This document shows, in pieces, positions 37,411 through 50,640 of a stretch of DNA of 64,000 nt; position 1 is the first letter of the stretch, and the number at the start of each line of letters is the position of its first letter. This DNA is from Macrostomum lignano. Lineage: Eukaryota. The translations under genes and the position numbers were made by a program. The DNA lies in the NCBI GenBank assembly GCA_002269645.1, contig NIVC01002859.1:62001-126000 (forward strand), given 5' to 3'. The notes under the pieces are model-generated. The model did no database searches. It worked only from the letters and a program-made list of their open reading frames with translations, and was not told where the DNA came from.

Positions 37411-39016
37411 GAGCCCCTACCCCTACGTGTCCCCCCCTACAATAATATACATGCGCACTTATATTCTAGGCTGTTGGATACCGTTGTCCAAGAGTTGACA
37501 AAAGTTAAGCTATTCATGGAGCTGCGTTACATGTGTAGCTATGTCTTATTTAGTGGCAATTTGTGGTGGTTCCACTTGATGTTGACTACTCTAGTTTAGC
37601 CCAAGGGCACTAATATTCTTATCTCTTGTATCGCTTGATTTCCAAACCAGCTAGCTAGTCTATTATAACTAATAAAAATAGGTCTCCATTTCCTTAAATA
37701 TGGAACTGAAATTCGAAGTTTCCAAAAAGGACAAAAATCAGCGGTCGCTGCGTCCCAACCGCATGGACTTGTCCGTACCATTCTGGGGTCACCATTGATG
37801 TCTGCCGCCAACTTGAATCTTTAATTTGATTCTTCAAGGTGCAGAAAATTTTTTGCTTGAGAACTTTGCTAGTGAATGACGGCGCCGGCGTACAATCTGT
37901 GATGGCAGGCTTTGTGCCTAGCTAGTTCCTTAGTTACTAGGGCCTGATATGCATAAGGGATCTCTCGATTGCCAATCAATTCTCGAGGCGTTGCCTCCCA
38001 AGGCAGGCCGAATATTTTAGTCCCACTTGAGCGCGCGCTGCACTTCTCAAAGCCGGGCCACTTCGTCGGGACGGGGAGCAGATGAGTGGGAAAGTGGGAA
38101 GAGTGCTTGGAATTGGAGTCTCCCTTTAGCAACTGCCTAGCTCTCACTCTCATTTCCCATTCCTTCATTCATCCTCATTCTCTCTCGCTCCTTGACGCTT
38201 GCCCGGCGCGTGTGATGCAAATAGAGCTCGCCTGAGCATCCGATATATTAAATAACGAATGCGCGAATTGAATCTTGCAATTTTTGGTTGATCATCGGAA
38301 GTGATTAAACATAGGTATGGCACCGCATCTCTTGGCTTGAATTGTGGTAGAACTATTTGAGCACTGGCCCAGTTTTTGTACCTGGGCCGTTATTGCGTGT
38401 TCGATAATTTTTTAGCGAATATTAAGTTGCACAGCACCATTTCATAATGATTTATCACATTGCTTTTGCTCAAACTGTCCCAATTTCTGCCGCCTCATGC
38501 AGACGATGCGGGCCAAGCAACTGGGGGATTCTGGACCACTAGGACTGGCCTCTGGAATGAGGATTAAGCAACCGGCCGGGCGAGGGGGCAGAGTGCCTCT
38601 CGCCTGTCCGATTTCCCTGACGCAGCCTCCTTATAGCGCGCCGCCCGAGGGACCCGCGCCGCTGAAGGGCTGGGCAGCGCTGGCTAGAAACTGCCCCCCC
38701 CCATCCAGGGCCAAACTCGTCCCCAACTTTTCTGGTCCACAACCAGCCGCGCCTCCCATTTCCCCTGTTCTCTCCGGCCTCCTTCGCCTACTCAGCCTGA
38801 GCCTCTGAGTAGCCCAGGCTTCTCCAGCCGGCCAACCCCCCTGGGGAACACGGCGCTCCTCCCTCCGCTGAGATCCCACCAGTCTGATGAGGGCTTAGAG
38901 GAGCAAGCCGGGATAGCAAACTCTTTCTTCACCCCCGCCCCCATTCCCACTCTTTTAATCCCCCATCTTGTAGTCGTATATATAGTGCTTCCCCAGCCTA
39001 GTACTAGCACTCTAAT

Positions 39017-39017
<1 letters not shown>

Positions 39018-39082
<65 letters not shown>
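39018..39082. repeat. (CT)n microsatellite
   Basis: Perfect dinucleotide run. Confidence 0.97.
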
Positions 39083-39088
<6 letters not shown>

Positions 39089-41747
39089 AGGCGCACACTC
39101 TAGGCTGCAAAGAAGGTAAAACGCTCAGTGTGCGCATTGCGGTTTGGACAGCAGCAGAGCGGAGGTTGGGAGAGGAGGCTGGCAGGGGAGATAAGATGGG
39201 GAAGGGGCCTCCATCCCGCCTTTCCTCTTCCGTATCGACCAAGCGGGGCGGAGGTGGGAGGCGGCGGAGAAGGGGGAGAGAGTAGGAGAGAAGGAATGGA
39301 CAGGCTGGGCGAGTATTGCGGGATAGCAAGGCCCGACGCTCAGGCGCCCCCTCCTCCGGCACGGCCGTCCCATCCCAGCTCCTTCGCTTAGCCTCAAAAG
39401 AGTTTTCCAAAACGGCACTGCAGGCCTTTCCTCCCCCTTTACTCCCCAATCCGGGCAGCCTACTTTAGTCTAAAAAAGCCGGTCGCGCAGGCTAGTTTGC
39501 CCCTCCCCCACCACCCCGGGATTTTCAACTTTATTCAAATAATCAACTTTGTTTTAACCGGTCGTGCTGTCCCCCCCCTCCATTAAATTCCGTGGCATCA
39601 AACGACCCGAAGGCAGAGCAACAGGACGCTTCAAATGTGACCCGTGAGCAGAATAATTGCCAGTCGGACAGTCAAACAGCAAATATTAGAGTTTATAAAA
39701 AAGCTCCCGAGAGTCAGCACTTGGCCAGCTCTGAAAAAGCCACAGGTGAGACAATTTCTTTCTCTGAGATGTTCCTACGCTCATTGCCGCTGGACATAAA
39801 AAGTAAAGACTTATTGACCACAATAATAAGTCACTCCTAAAAACCCCTTCTCTCAAACTCAACTCGACAGCCCTGCTCAATCTGCCCCTCTACGTCGTAC
39901 TCAAAAACCCTTTATCGCTATCGAGCCCAGCTGATCCCAGGCATCGCTTTCATCTTTAATGAGCTTCTACTCCGGCCAGACCTGAAAAGTTGGCCGCAGC
40001 ATCAAACTTTGCAACAAGTTGATGCGGCATCTAGATGGGGAACGGTTTCTCGGCGCATTAGATCTGATGGGATCCGACAAGATCCGCTCCCCCCCCCTAG
40101 CCTTCCCGTGGGACTCAGCCTGTATTGAAGCTTGTAGATGTTGCTAGCAGCATCTGCCTCCCCGAGGCCTCAAAGTTTTCTTTCCACTTCTTTGAGTTCA
40201 TCTCGGTTGAAAAAGGCATCAAAACCTGCAGAGCCTTGGTGTTTATATTTACTCGGCGACTATACTCGCCAGTGCTCAACCCCCCGCACAGTTGAGTTCA
40301 GTAGACAAAACTATAAAAGACGAGATATTGGACTGATAAAGACTCGTTCAAATTTCACTTCTAAGATGCCTTCAAATGGGAAGTTGATAGTATTTTTTAC
40401 ATAAATTTTTATGTTTACTTTGTACTCTGCTTTTACTATACATTAAATGTGTTGCAGACATGGAGCACTGCTGGCTTCGAGAAAGGAAAGTGTTGTATAT
40501 CACAGACGCTTGGGCATAAAGCTCTATAATCTTGCACAGGGGGGGGGGAGATAAGTCTTGGCGTGACAGGAAATAAAGCCAGCCCTCCGATTCTTAAACC
40601 CCACCGCAGTGGTCGAATCAACTTTGCCCGACCTTTGAGTTGTTTTATTTCACCCGCAAGGCAATCAGAACAAAGTGCAACCCCAGTCTAGAATGGACTT
40701 GCTGGCCTCACTTTGGTTTCCCGCCTGTCGGCTCTTGAAGCAGAATGCTACTGCCCAGTCTGGAATGAAGCCTTCATTCGAGATTGCCGTCCACCAACTG
40801 CTTCTTCTGCTTCAATATGTTCTTTCTCGGTCTCCTCCCTGGTGCGGACTCTCGTCTCTCCCACACTGCCTCTCAAAGCTAGCCAAGAGTAGCCAGAAAC
40901 AACAGCAGGTAAAATTGATTTGCTCCTATTGATTTAACGACACCCGACCCGTCCGCTAGCAGCGCTTTTCCTATAAGCCAGCCCCCCCCCTCATTTTCTG
41001 TTGCCGAATTCCTGCAGGGGAGATGGACCAGGGATTTCTGCACACACGCACAGCCTCGAGCGCCTCGCAAATAGCAGCAATCGAGCTTTGCTGTGCCCGC
41101 CCAGCTCCCGGGCTCAATTAGGGCGGTTCTCACGTCTGCAAGTCTAGCTGTTTGCATTGCTGCTTTCCCTCTCTATCCTGTTGTGTTCCCCTTCGCATTA
41201 CTGAGGACTGTTTAGCCGGCTCCTAATTCATTCAGATTGATTGCCATTCTCCACTGTTTGCCTGCGCTGAGCTGCAGTAGATAGGACGGTTAGAAGGGTT
41301 TGTTAGAGCAGCAGCCCATCGCATCCTTCTCGACTCATTCTCATCGCTATGGTTTCTGCTTAAAGATGCACCGTCTGAATCTTACAGTAAGCCGTCCTTG
41401 TCGCCGCAGAAATCAGAAGGGTAAAAACGGCTACTTGAATTGGAAATGACAGCCTGAAACTAAGTGGAGAAAATAGGAAAATTTTATCAGATGTGCTTGA
41501 GATATGAGAGATGGAGCTTTCCAGCTGCACCATCCTGTAAAGCCCAGTCAACATGCTTCTCTCTTGAGACCTACTCGAAATCTGCTTATGAAATGGAGGA
41601 AGTTTCGATTTCTATTAGAGGGTTCAGACTTCGGATCAGAGGCCCAGGGGCCCAGTGCACCGAGTGCTCCATTGGAATTAAGAATATTTGGAATGGCGCG
41701 GCTGGTCTCACTGCCACCTTATCTATTCGGTTAGGCCGTCAGTCGCC

Positions 41748-44437
41748 ATGTTCGGCAGTCTATTTGGCGGTGCCAGCAAGCTGCTGGGCTCCGTTGCCGA
41801 CACCGTTACCATGGCGGTGACGGGTGATACGCAGCAGCAGCCAAGTCAACAGAACCAGCAAGCAGCTGGTCGAGGGACAGCACCGTCGCAGCAGCAGCAG
41901 CAGCCACCGCGTCCGCAGCAGCCCGCAAACAGCTTCTTTCAGAACCGCGGACCCGGGTCCGGTTTTCAGCAGCAGCAGCAACAGCAACAGCCACGACTTC
42001 AACAGCAGCCACAGCAGCAGCAGCAACAACAGCAGCAAAAGCAAATGCAACACTATCAGAATCAGCCACAACAGCAGTTTCAGCAGCAACAGCAACCACA
42101 GACACAGCAGCAAACGACGCAGTCGCAGTCACGTCAGCAGCAACAGGTTAATCACCAACAAATTTCAAAACCGCAGCCGCAGCAGCCGCAACAACCCCAA
42201 CAACCTCATCAGCAGACACTGAATCATCAAGCACAGCCACATTATCAGCAGGTCAATCAGCCATTGCCAGAAAATCAGCACCATCGAAGTTCCCAATATC
42301 AACAGCAGCAAAACTCTTCAAGCCAGCCACAGCATCAGCAGAATCCCACGAATCCTCAAGTAAAATCTCAATATCACCAGCAACAGAACCAGCCTTCGTA
42401 TCAACAGCAGCAGCTGCAAAACCAATCACATCAACAGCAGCCACAACAGTCACAGCAAGCAGCGCAGTACCAACCCCAGCAACCGCAGCAACAATCAATG
42501 AAACAACAACCAATGCAACAACAACCAATGAAACAACAACCAATGCTGCAACAACCAATGCCGCAACAACCAATGCCGCAAAAACCAATCCCACAACAAC
42601 CAATGTCGCAACAACCAATGCCGCAACAAACAATGCCGCAACAACCAATCCCGCAACAACCAATGCCGCAACAACCAATCCCGCAACAACCAATGCCGCA
42701 ACAACCAATGCCGCAACAACCAATGCCGCAACAAACAATACCGCAACAACCAATGCCGCAACAACCAATGTCGCAACAACCAATGCCGCAACAACCAATG
42801 CCGCAGCAGTCGCTGCCTTCGCAAGCGCAACAGCAGCAGTATCAGCAGCAGTCGTGGCAGCCGTCCCAGCTTCAGCCGCAGCAGCCTCTGCAACATCAGC
42901 CACAGTACTATCAACAACAGCAGTATCCACAGCAGATGCAACAGCCTCCAGCACCACAGCAGCCACAACAGCCTCCGCCACAGCAGCATCACGATGGTCT
43001 CTTTGGAGGCCTGACTTCAAAGATCGCTGAGCTCACTCGGAAAGCTTCCTCTCACGGCAATAGTACTGACCACTCAAATCAGCCGCAGCAACAGCAACAG
43101 CAGCTAAATCAACAAAACCAATGGCAACAGCCGCAACCTCCTCAATGGCAGCATTCGTCGATGGCGAACAATCACGGCTACGCTGGTCAGACAGTCAATC
43201 AGTTCAGTTTTACGGCTGGTCAAACTGGACAGCAGCAGAATGCTGCCTGGATGAGTTCCGGCGACTTCGCTAGCGGCTCTGTCGGGTGGCAACAAAACAT
43301 TCAACAGCCCCAGACAGCTACAGGCTACGGCTACGAGTGTGCCCAGGCAGCTGCAGGCTCCGCACCGACATCGCTTTGGTATGGTCAATCGGCTGCGACA
43401 AATGCGACTTCAAATGAATACTGGCAGCAGCAGCAACCGCAGCCGCCACTGCTAAATGCCGACAGTCAGAGCAGCGAGATCGGCGGGATCTATAGCAGCA
43501 TTAGTATGACCACCGACCCCTACATCAGGGCCGCCATGCGAGGCGAGATGCTTCCCGACGCGCCCTGCTTTACTGGCGGCAACCGGACCGGCGGAAACTC
43601 TTCGTCTTCCTACTTGGAGAGGCTGCTGGCTGGCCACGACAGCCGGAGTCTGGCTCGCCAGTCCACCGACATTCTCGACGATGATGATCCAACGCTGACC
43701 GCGGCTGCCCGGCACCGGCGCAGCCGATGGTGGCTCGATTCCACCCGGGATGATCCGGCCACAACGTCCGGGCGAGTCCGCGCGGCGAGTCCGGCCGTCA
43801 TCATTGGCCGACGCGGTGGATCAATTGGCGGCCGCTACGCCGACGAGTTTGGCTTGGAGGATGCGGACCTTGCCAGACCGGCGTCTGCGTTCCAGCGCTA
43901 CCGGCCCTGGCGCCAACGTCGGGACTGGGAAGACGATCCTGACGCGGTGAGCAGCCCGGCACCGGCTGGGCGAAGCCGCGGCTATAGCAGAAGCCACGGC
44001 TACGACCAGGGCCACGGCTATGGCTACAGCTTTAGCGAGGCGGAAGGAGAGGCGGAGGCTGACCCGGATACTGAAGCAGATTATCGACGAAGTCATCAAC
44101 AGCAGCACAGGCGACGACGTCGGCACGACTCGGCACAGGCAGCGTTTCTAGTCCGCGGTGGCGGCGGCGGGAGCGGCGGCTATGCCGACGATGACTATTG
44201 CGGCGCCACGTACTTCGTTGGCGGTCGGCACCGAAGAAGCGCGGGCGCTGCGGTCAGATCTGGGGGATTGTACGGCGGAGAGCGCCGGCAGCACCGGCGG
44301 AGTCGCGGCGTCGTTGGAGGCGCATACGACGACGCTCTGGGCGCTGAGCAAGCGGGGGTAGACGATATGAACGACGAGGAAGTCCGCGAGTGTCGGGACT
44401 TTATGACTCGATCCGTTGGGAAAATGTTCAACCAGGG
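41748..44437 (+). CDS. KIAA0513: KIAA0513-like protein exon 1 (Gln-rich low-complexity region leading into the conserved domain)
   Basis: GCC-ATG at 41748; 2690 nt open. Ends ECRDFMTRSVGKMFNQG (cf. KIAA0513 CREFMRGYVEKIFSG). GG|GTGAGT donor. Confidence 0.8.
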
Positions 44438-44742
44438 GTGAGTGAGGCAGTCGGAGACCTATTCGTTTTTAACTCTCTTTACGACTGTTCCAGAGCCACT
44501 TGATGGCACGCAAAGACATCCTCCTTCAGCATATCTTACTTTCCAGATCTGAGGAAAAACTGTCATTCGACGTTGAAATCTTGATGTAGGAAATGATTTG
44601 AAAAATTTCTAACCAATCTAAACTCTCGTATTTCAAACCTTCAAACCATGACAATCTTCTATCTACATCTATGCACTGATGTCTTATTCCCCAGCATCCG
44701 GATTTGCATTCGTATGATTTCAACCCTCATTTTTTATTTTAG

Positions 44743-44791
44743 AAGCAACATCTCCGCAGAGGACAAAGCGAAATTTGGCCAGTACTGCCAG
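44743..44791 (+). CDS. KIAA0513: KIAA0513-like exon 2
   Basis: TTTTAG acceptor. SNISAEDKAKFGQYCQ (cf. EEKARFGELC). Phase 2 to 0. Confidence 0.8.
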
Positions 44792-44935
44792 GTGAAATTT
44801 TCTCTTTGAAGTTCTCTTCGATTCTGTTAATACAAAAAGCTTCCATATTTTATGATGTTTACAGTCAGTCTCTCTACCAATCTCTACTCTCACCCGCCAA
44901 TCTCCAATCCCAAACTTCCATTCATCGCTTCGCAG

Positions 44936-45125
44936 AAGCCAACTGGTCGCATTTGGTTCGCCCGATGCGTCGAGGCCCAACGGGGTCGCGCGGAGCGGGT
45001 GGAGGAGGACTGCTTCTTCGCTATCGTGCAGGCTCTTGCCATCGCTCTGTACGAATGCAACGAGGCAGACGACTGGAAGACCGCCTCCACCCTTATGAAC
45101 ATGTGCTTTACCTACTACTATTCAA
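44936..45125 (+). CDS. KIAA0513: KIAA0513-like exon 3 (SBF2-type domain)
   Basis: GRIWFARCVEAQR...FFAIVQALAIALYECNEADDWKTASTLMNMCFTYY. Confidence 0.88.
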
Positions 45126-45212
45126 GTAGGTTGAAAGCGCTTTTAATGCGCCTGAAGATTTTCGTTTCTAACTTTCAGAATACTGGCTTTGATATTCTAC
45201 AAAACTTACCAG

Positions 45213-45366
45213 TTCAACCGCTCTCTTCCACTCTAGCGACCAACCAGAGCGGCCAGGTCCACAAACTCTATCTCTATAATTTCGTTAAGGATCAGCCAAT
45301 TTGGCAGTCACTGCGATTCTGGAACGCCGCCTTCATCAATTCGATTCACATCGACAAGCAGAGCAG
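45213..45366 (+). CDS. KIAA0513: KIAA0513-like exon 4
   Basis: [24 protein letters not shown] (cf. [23 protein letters not shown]). Phase 1 to 2. Confidence 0.85.
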
Positions 45367-45519
45367 GTTAGCGTGGGACAAGGAATAGCGGGAACGAGGT
45401 GCAGGGATTTGAAATGCTAGCCTTAAACTTACTACAGGACATTAGACAGACAGGATGATAGAGGGCATGACATTACAGGTTTAAAGGGGTGAGAGCGTGG
45501 ATCGATGAGGTAATAATGG

Positions 45520-45985
45520 GGAGTGAATGGTAGGAACGGGAGTGAATGGCAGGAATGGAAGTGAATGGCAGGAATGGAAGTGTGAAGGGCAGGAAGAGGA
45601 GTGAATGGCAATAATGGGAGTGAATGGCAGTAACGGGAGTGAATGGCATGAAATGGAGTGAATGGCAGGAACGGGAGTGAATGGCAAGAACGCGAGAGTG
45701 AATGGCAGGAAGGGGAGTGAATGGCAGGAACGGGGGTGAATGGTAGGAAGGGGAGTGAATGGCAGGAACGGGAGTGAATGGTAGGAAGGGGAGTGAATGG
45801 TAGGAAGGGGAGTGAATGGTAGGAAGGGGAGTGAATGGTAGGAAGGGGAGTGAATGGTAGAAAGGGGAGTGAATTGTAGGAAGGGGGGTGAATGGTAGGA
45901 AGGGGAGTGAATGGCAGGAACGGGAGTGAATGGTAGGAAGGGGAGTGAATGGCAGGAAGGGAGTGAATGGTAGGAAGGGAGTGAA
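45520..45985. repeat. 20-bp minisatellite (GGAGTGAATGGTAGGAAGGG)
   Basis: Intronic tandem repeats. Confidence 0.92.
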
Positions 45986-46041
45986 TGTCAGGAAGGAGCT
46001 TAATGAGCCAGATACCTCATCCGCATATCCGCACCCACCAG

Positions 46042-46110
46042 GGACGGCTACGAGGTGGTCCGCCGAGACGGTGCGCAGCACACGGGCCACATGACCATGG
46101 GCCAGCTCAA
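46042..46110 (+). CDS. KIAA0513: KIAA0513-like exon 5
   Basis: CACCAG acceptor, GTGAGT donor. DGYEVVRRDGAQHTGHMTMGQL (cf. ENITFGQL). Confidence 0.8.
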
Positions 46111-46329
46111 GTGAGTGTCCCAGCTCTCATTTCACTCTTGTTGCCATCACGTGCCCGGGGTAGGGGCTTTCAGTGAAACTCGGCAAGGATTTGCGGGCAT
46201 ATTTTCTCTTAAGTCTTCAAAAGTGCGACTGGCGGATTTCGGGACTGAGAATCCGCACCGCCATTAAATTGATTACTCCATCGCCTTCTCCTTATGCACG
46301 AACTTATGGCATCCGGATTAGCACTCCCC

Positions 46330-46880
46330 TTTTCTTTCACTTCATCCCTTTCTCCCCTTCCCTCCCCCTCTCCCCTTCCCTCTCTCTCTCCCCTTATCTC
46401 CCTCTCTCCCCTTATCTCCCTCTCTCCCCTTTCTCTCCCCTTTCTCTCCCCTTTTCTCCCTCTCTCCCCTTCTCTCCCTCTCTCCCCTTCTCTCCCTCTC
46501 TCCCTTCTCTCCCTCTCTCCCCTTCTCTCCCTCTCTCCCCTTCTCTCCCTCTCTCCCCTTTCTCTCCTCTTATCTCCCTCTCTCCCCTTCTCTCCCTCTC
46601 TCACCTTATCTCCCTCTCTCTACTTCTTTCCATCTTCTCTGCCTCTCTCCCCTTATCTCCCTCTCTCCCCTTTCTCTCCCCTTCTCTCCCTCTCTCCCCT
46701 TCTCTCCCTCTCTCCCTTCTCTCCCTCTCTCCCCTTTCTCTCCCTCTCTCTACTTCTCTCCATCTCTCCATCTCTCCCATTCCCTTCCCCCTCCCCCTTT
46801 CTCTTTCTCTCCTTTCTCTCCCCTTCTCTGCATCTCTCCCCTTCTCACCAACTCTCCCCTTCTTTCCCTTCTTTCCTACT
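46330..46880. repeat. CT-rich about 18-bp minisatellite
   Basis: TCTCTCCCCTTCTCTCCC-type repeats in an intron. Confidence 0.9.
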
Positions 46881-46939
46881 CCCATCCCTTCGCAGTCGCC
46901 AATTACGCTGCAAAATCGGCTCTCCCATCGCCTTTACAG

Positions 46940-47034
46940 CACCTTCATCAGCAACATGAAGTCGTTCGATCTGAGTCGAGAAATGATTAGAGAATTTGTT
47001 CGCAAGCAGTGCGAGTTCCTCCATCTGCCTTCAG
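46940..47034 (+). CDS. KIAA0513: KIAA0513-like exon 6
   Basis: TFISNMKSFDLSREMIREFVRKQCEFLHL (cf. [29 protein letters not shown]). GTATGT donor. Confidence 0.85.
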
Positions 47035-47143
47035 GTATGTTTGTGTTTTTCAAGCTTTTGACTCTCAATATATTTTTCAACTGCTCTTCAGATACGGAAA
47101 ACCTCATTCAAAATTTTCGATAAAAAATTGCCTCATTTTGCAG

Positions 47144-47190
47144 ATCAGCGTAAGATGCTTTTACAGGCAGTCGATAAGAAGCCTCTTTAA
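47144..47190 (+). CDS. KIAA0513: KIAA0513-like terminal exon 7
   Basis: TTTTGCAG acceptor; DQRKMLLQAVDKKPL*. The seven exons sum to 3294 nt (1098 codons). Confidence 0.78.
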
Positions 47191-47349
47191 GCGAAGCAAA
47201 GAAGCAAAGAAATGTCTGCAAAATTATATTAACTACTAGTTGTATTGCGAATGCCAATTTTTATCCTAATGCTATCCCAAAGTACAGGCACCGCTGTTCT
47301 GATACAGGCAGTCATATCAATGTGCAAATCATCATTTTGCTGGGCTGCG

Positions 47350-47790
47350 TTTCTCCAGCCAATCAGAATTCAGGAAACGGGAAGACCAACAACCAGCACC
47401 CCAGCAGCCAATTAGAATTTAGACGATGGGAAGGCCAACAAACCCACCAGAACCCCAGCAGCCAATCAGAATTCAGACGGTAAAAATGCCAACAACCCCG
47501 CCAGCAGCCAATTAGAATTCAGGCAATGAATAGGCTAACAACCCCACCAGCAGCCAATTAGAATTCAGACAATGAGAAGACCAACAACCCCACCAGCAGC
47601 CAATTAGAATTCAGACAACGAGAAGACCAACAACCCCACCAGCAGCCAATTAGAATTTAGACAATGAGAAGGCCAACAACCCCAGCAGCAGCCAATCCGA
47701 ATTCAGGCAATGAGAAGGCCAACAACCCCACCAGCAGCCAATCAGAATTCAGACAATGAGAAGACCAACAACCCCACCAGCAGCCAATCA
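47350..47790. repeat. 46-bp minisatellite, about 9 copies
   Basis: ACCAGCAGCCAATTAGAATTCAGACAATGAGAAGACCAACAACCCC repeats. Confidence 0.9.
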
Positions 47791-48571
47791 AAAGTCGGAG
47801 CAATGTACTCAGCATAGAATTTTTTTCTGTGTCAGTTACCAAGCGACAGGCAGCAACCACCATGCTACCCGACCAGCAAGCACACTGATAACCAATGTTT
47901 ATAATATATCATACGGATGCACCAGTAACAATCCCATCAATTACTCCTTACTGCAAGTTCAAGCCGCTCGTTGGTTAAAAAAACAAAAGTATTTAAGGCA
48001 TGCAAAATTTTAGCACATATTTATTATAGTAAATGCTTTCTATCTTGATATTCTTAAATAATAAGAGCAGTTTAAGCCCGTCAATAACACTTGCATAATA
48101 CTGACATCACTCTATTTATTGCTTCCACATTGGCCACGCCTGTTGATAAAGTTGGCCGCAGTTTCATAATAGTACTACATGTAATTTATGGTCATTGCAT
48201 GACAAATCATACTCGTAAATCATTGAGAGAGCTTTTCGGCATCAATAACTTCTATCCTAGTTTGCAAAATTTATTTAAAACTGACTGCTGCCAGTAAGAT
48301 GTTGTAAAGCCGTTTTCCTCGCAGCTTATCTCTCTCCACATTTAATCCTTTTTTATCTAGCTACCGCAGTTATTTTTGTTGCTAATTTTTCTACTGTTTA
48401 ATAAATTTTGCGCATGCGCCCGTACCATGCTAATTTCATAGGAATTGAGCGGGCCTTTTCAATTAATAATCCAGCTGACTTTTGGATTCCATCTGAGCCT
48501 TAGTGACAAAAAGTGTGCCATGTAAGCGAAACTAAACGATTCGTTGCTCTTTAATAAGTGCAAAATTTTCT

Positions 48572-49148
<577 letters not shown>

Positions 49149-50640
49149 CATTTATATTCGGCTTTGTTTCTGTCGTGCCGTAGCAATAAAGAGGACTCTT
49201 CGGTATAAGAGAGTGCTTAGTTGAGCACAAGAAAAGAAGCGCGACTTCAAGTGATGGCCAAACCGGCCTTTATATTATTGAGAAACCACCAACGGCACGT
49301 GCCCCTATAATATAGCGCAGTCAACCATTTCTTAACTTTAGCCTAGACACAACGTGCCGCGTGCACGCTACGTACATTGGCAATGAGTAAATATTGCCTA
49401 CACAACGTAAGCCAGTGAAAGTCAATGAGCTGAGCCAGGCGGCGCCACAGTTTCATTATTCCACATTAAAGTCATGCCTGGTATCGAGCCCGGGCCCATT
49501 GCACGTATGTGAAAAAACCACAACAAAAAGACAGCGATGTGCTAGCAGCCTGACACGAGCACTACTCCACCATCTGTAAAAATCTGTAAATCCTAAATAA
49601 TTTTTTCAAGTCTTGTGGTTTACTCAATTGAAAATACAACAAAATATAACTTTAGTTTGTTCCCATATACTGCAGAATGCAGACAGCTTTGATGCAGACA
49701 GTTAACTGTCAACTAGACCGCTCTGTTTTTAGACCAAAACGTACATGTACTTCAAGCTTCCTCGTATTCGTTTGCCTGACCGCTAGATTCATAACATTTA
49801 AACCCCTTAGGACAGATAGTCTATGGCTTCCACCCCTCCGGCTCAGGATTTGACTCGAATTCGGCTGAAGGGACAGATCGATCGATAATATTAAAACATC
49901 TTTAGAGAAAAGTAGTCTATGGCTTTTCCCCCCCCACCCCCTAGGGTTGTTAAATAACAGTTTAAAAGAATTAGCCCCGCGCCCCCACTGACACGCCTCC
50001 ATTGACTAAGCTGCAAAGGCATCCAAAAGGATTAGACATAAAACACCAGCCAAACTAATCGGTGAGTAAAGGACTTCTGGACTGTTATGTACCAATTATC
50101 TAGTGCTAATCATATTGTCACAGCATCTCCGAGTGCTGCTCACATATACGCTCGTTATAGAAACTATAGCTACTCCTTACTCTCAAAACTATAGCTTCCA
50201 ATTATATCTAACGGTAATTCAAATAATTTTTTCAAGCACTTTTGAAGCAAAGCAACTGTTTTACTTTTCAATCATGATTCATGGCAAATGGCAATTCTAT
50301 AGAAGGCCATCAGGCGCGTAGCCAGGATTCACCTCAGAGGGGGGGGGCAGAGACATCAATCCATCTTTTTATTATATGACATGTAAAAAGGGCCATCCTA
50401 TATAGAATCGTTCGTTAAATTATTTTTTCGCTTGAATTCGATTCCTTTCTATTATTTGTGTCTAAAATATGAAACAAGTAAACGAATTAAGTTTAACATG
50501 TACTGGCAGCTAAATTGTTTGTTATAATCAATTGCCACAAACATCACGACACGAGGGTACTATTTGACCGTTAAACAGGGTAATAGTGTGCAACCCAGAA
50601 AAGTAAGTTGCCAAAAACTTTGTGGAAACAGCCGCCTTCA

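Noticed and set aside
36799-37599. 266-aa membrane-like ORF
   Set aside because: Product of the 20-bp minisatellite, open in all three frames
38884-38925. Hammerhead ribozyme (CTGATGA followed by a GGCTT/AAGCC stem)
   Set aside because: The required GAAA after stem II is missing; the same applies to CTGATGA near 53205 and the minus-strand one near 36146
41760-44431. Antisense and alternate-frame ORFs over the Gln-rich exon
   Set aside because: Shadow ORFs of CAG/CAA-rich coding sequence with no independent motifs
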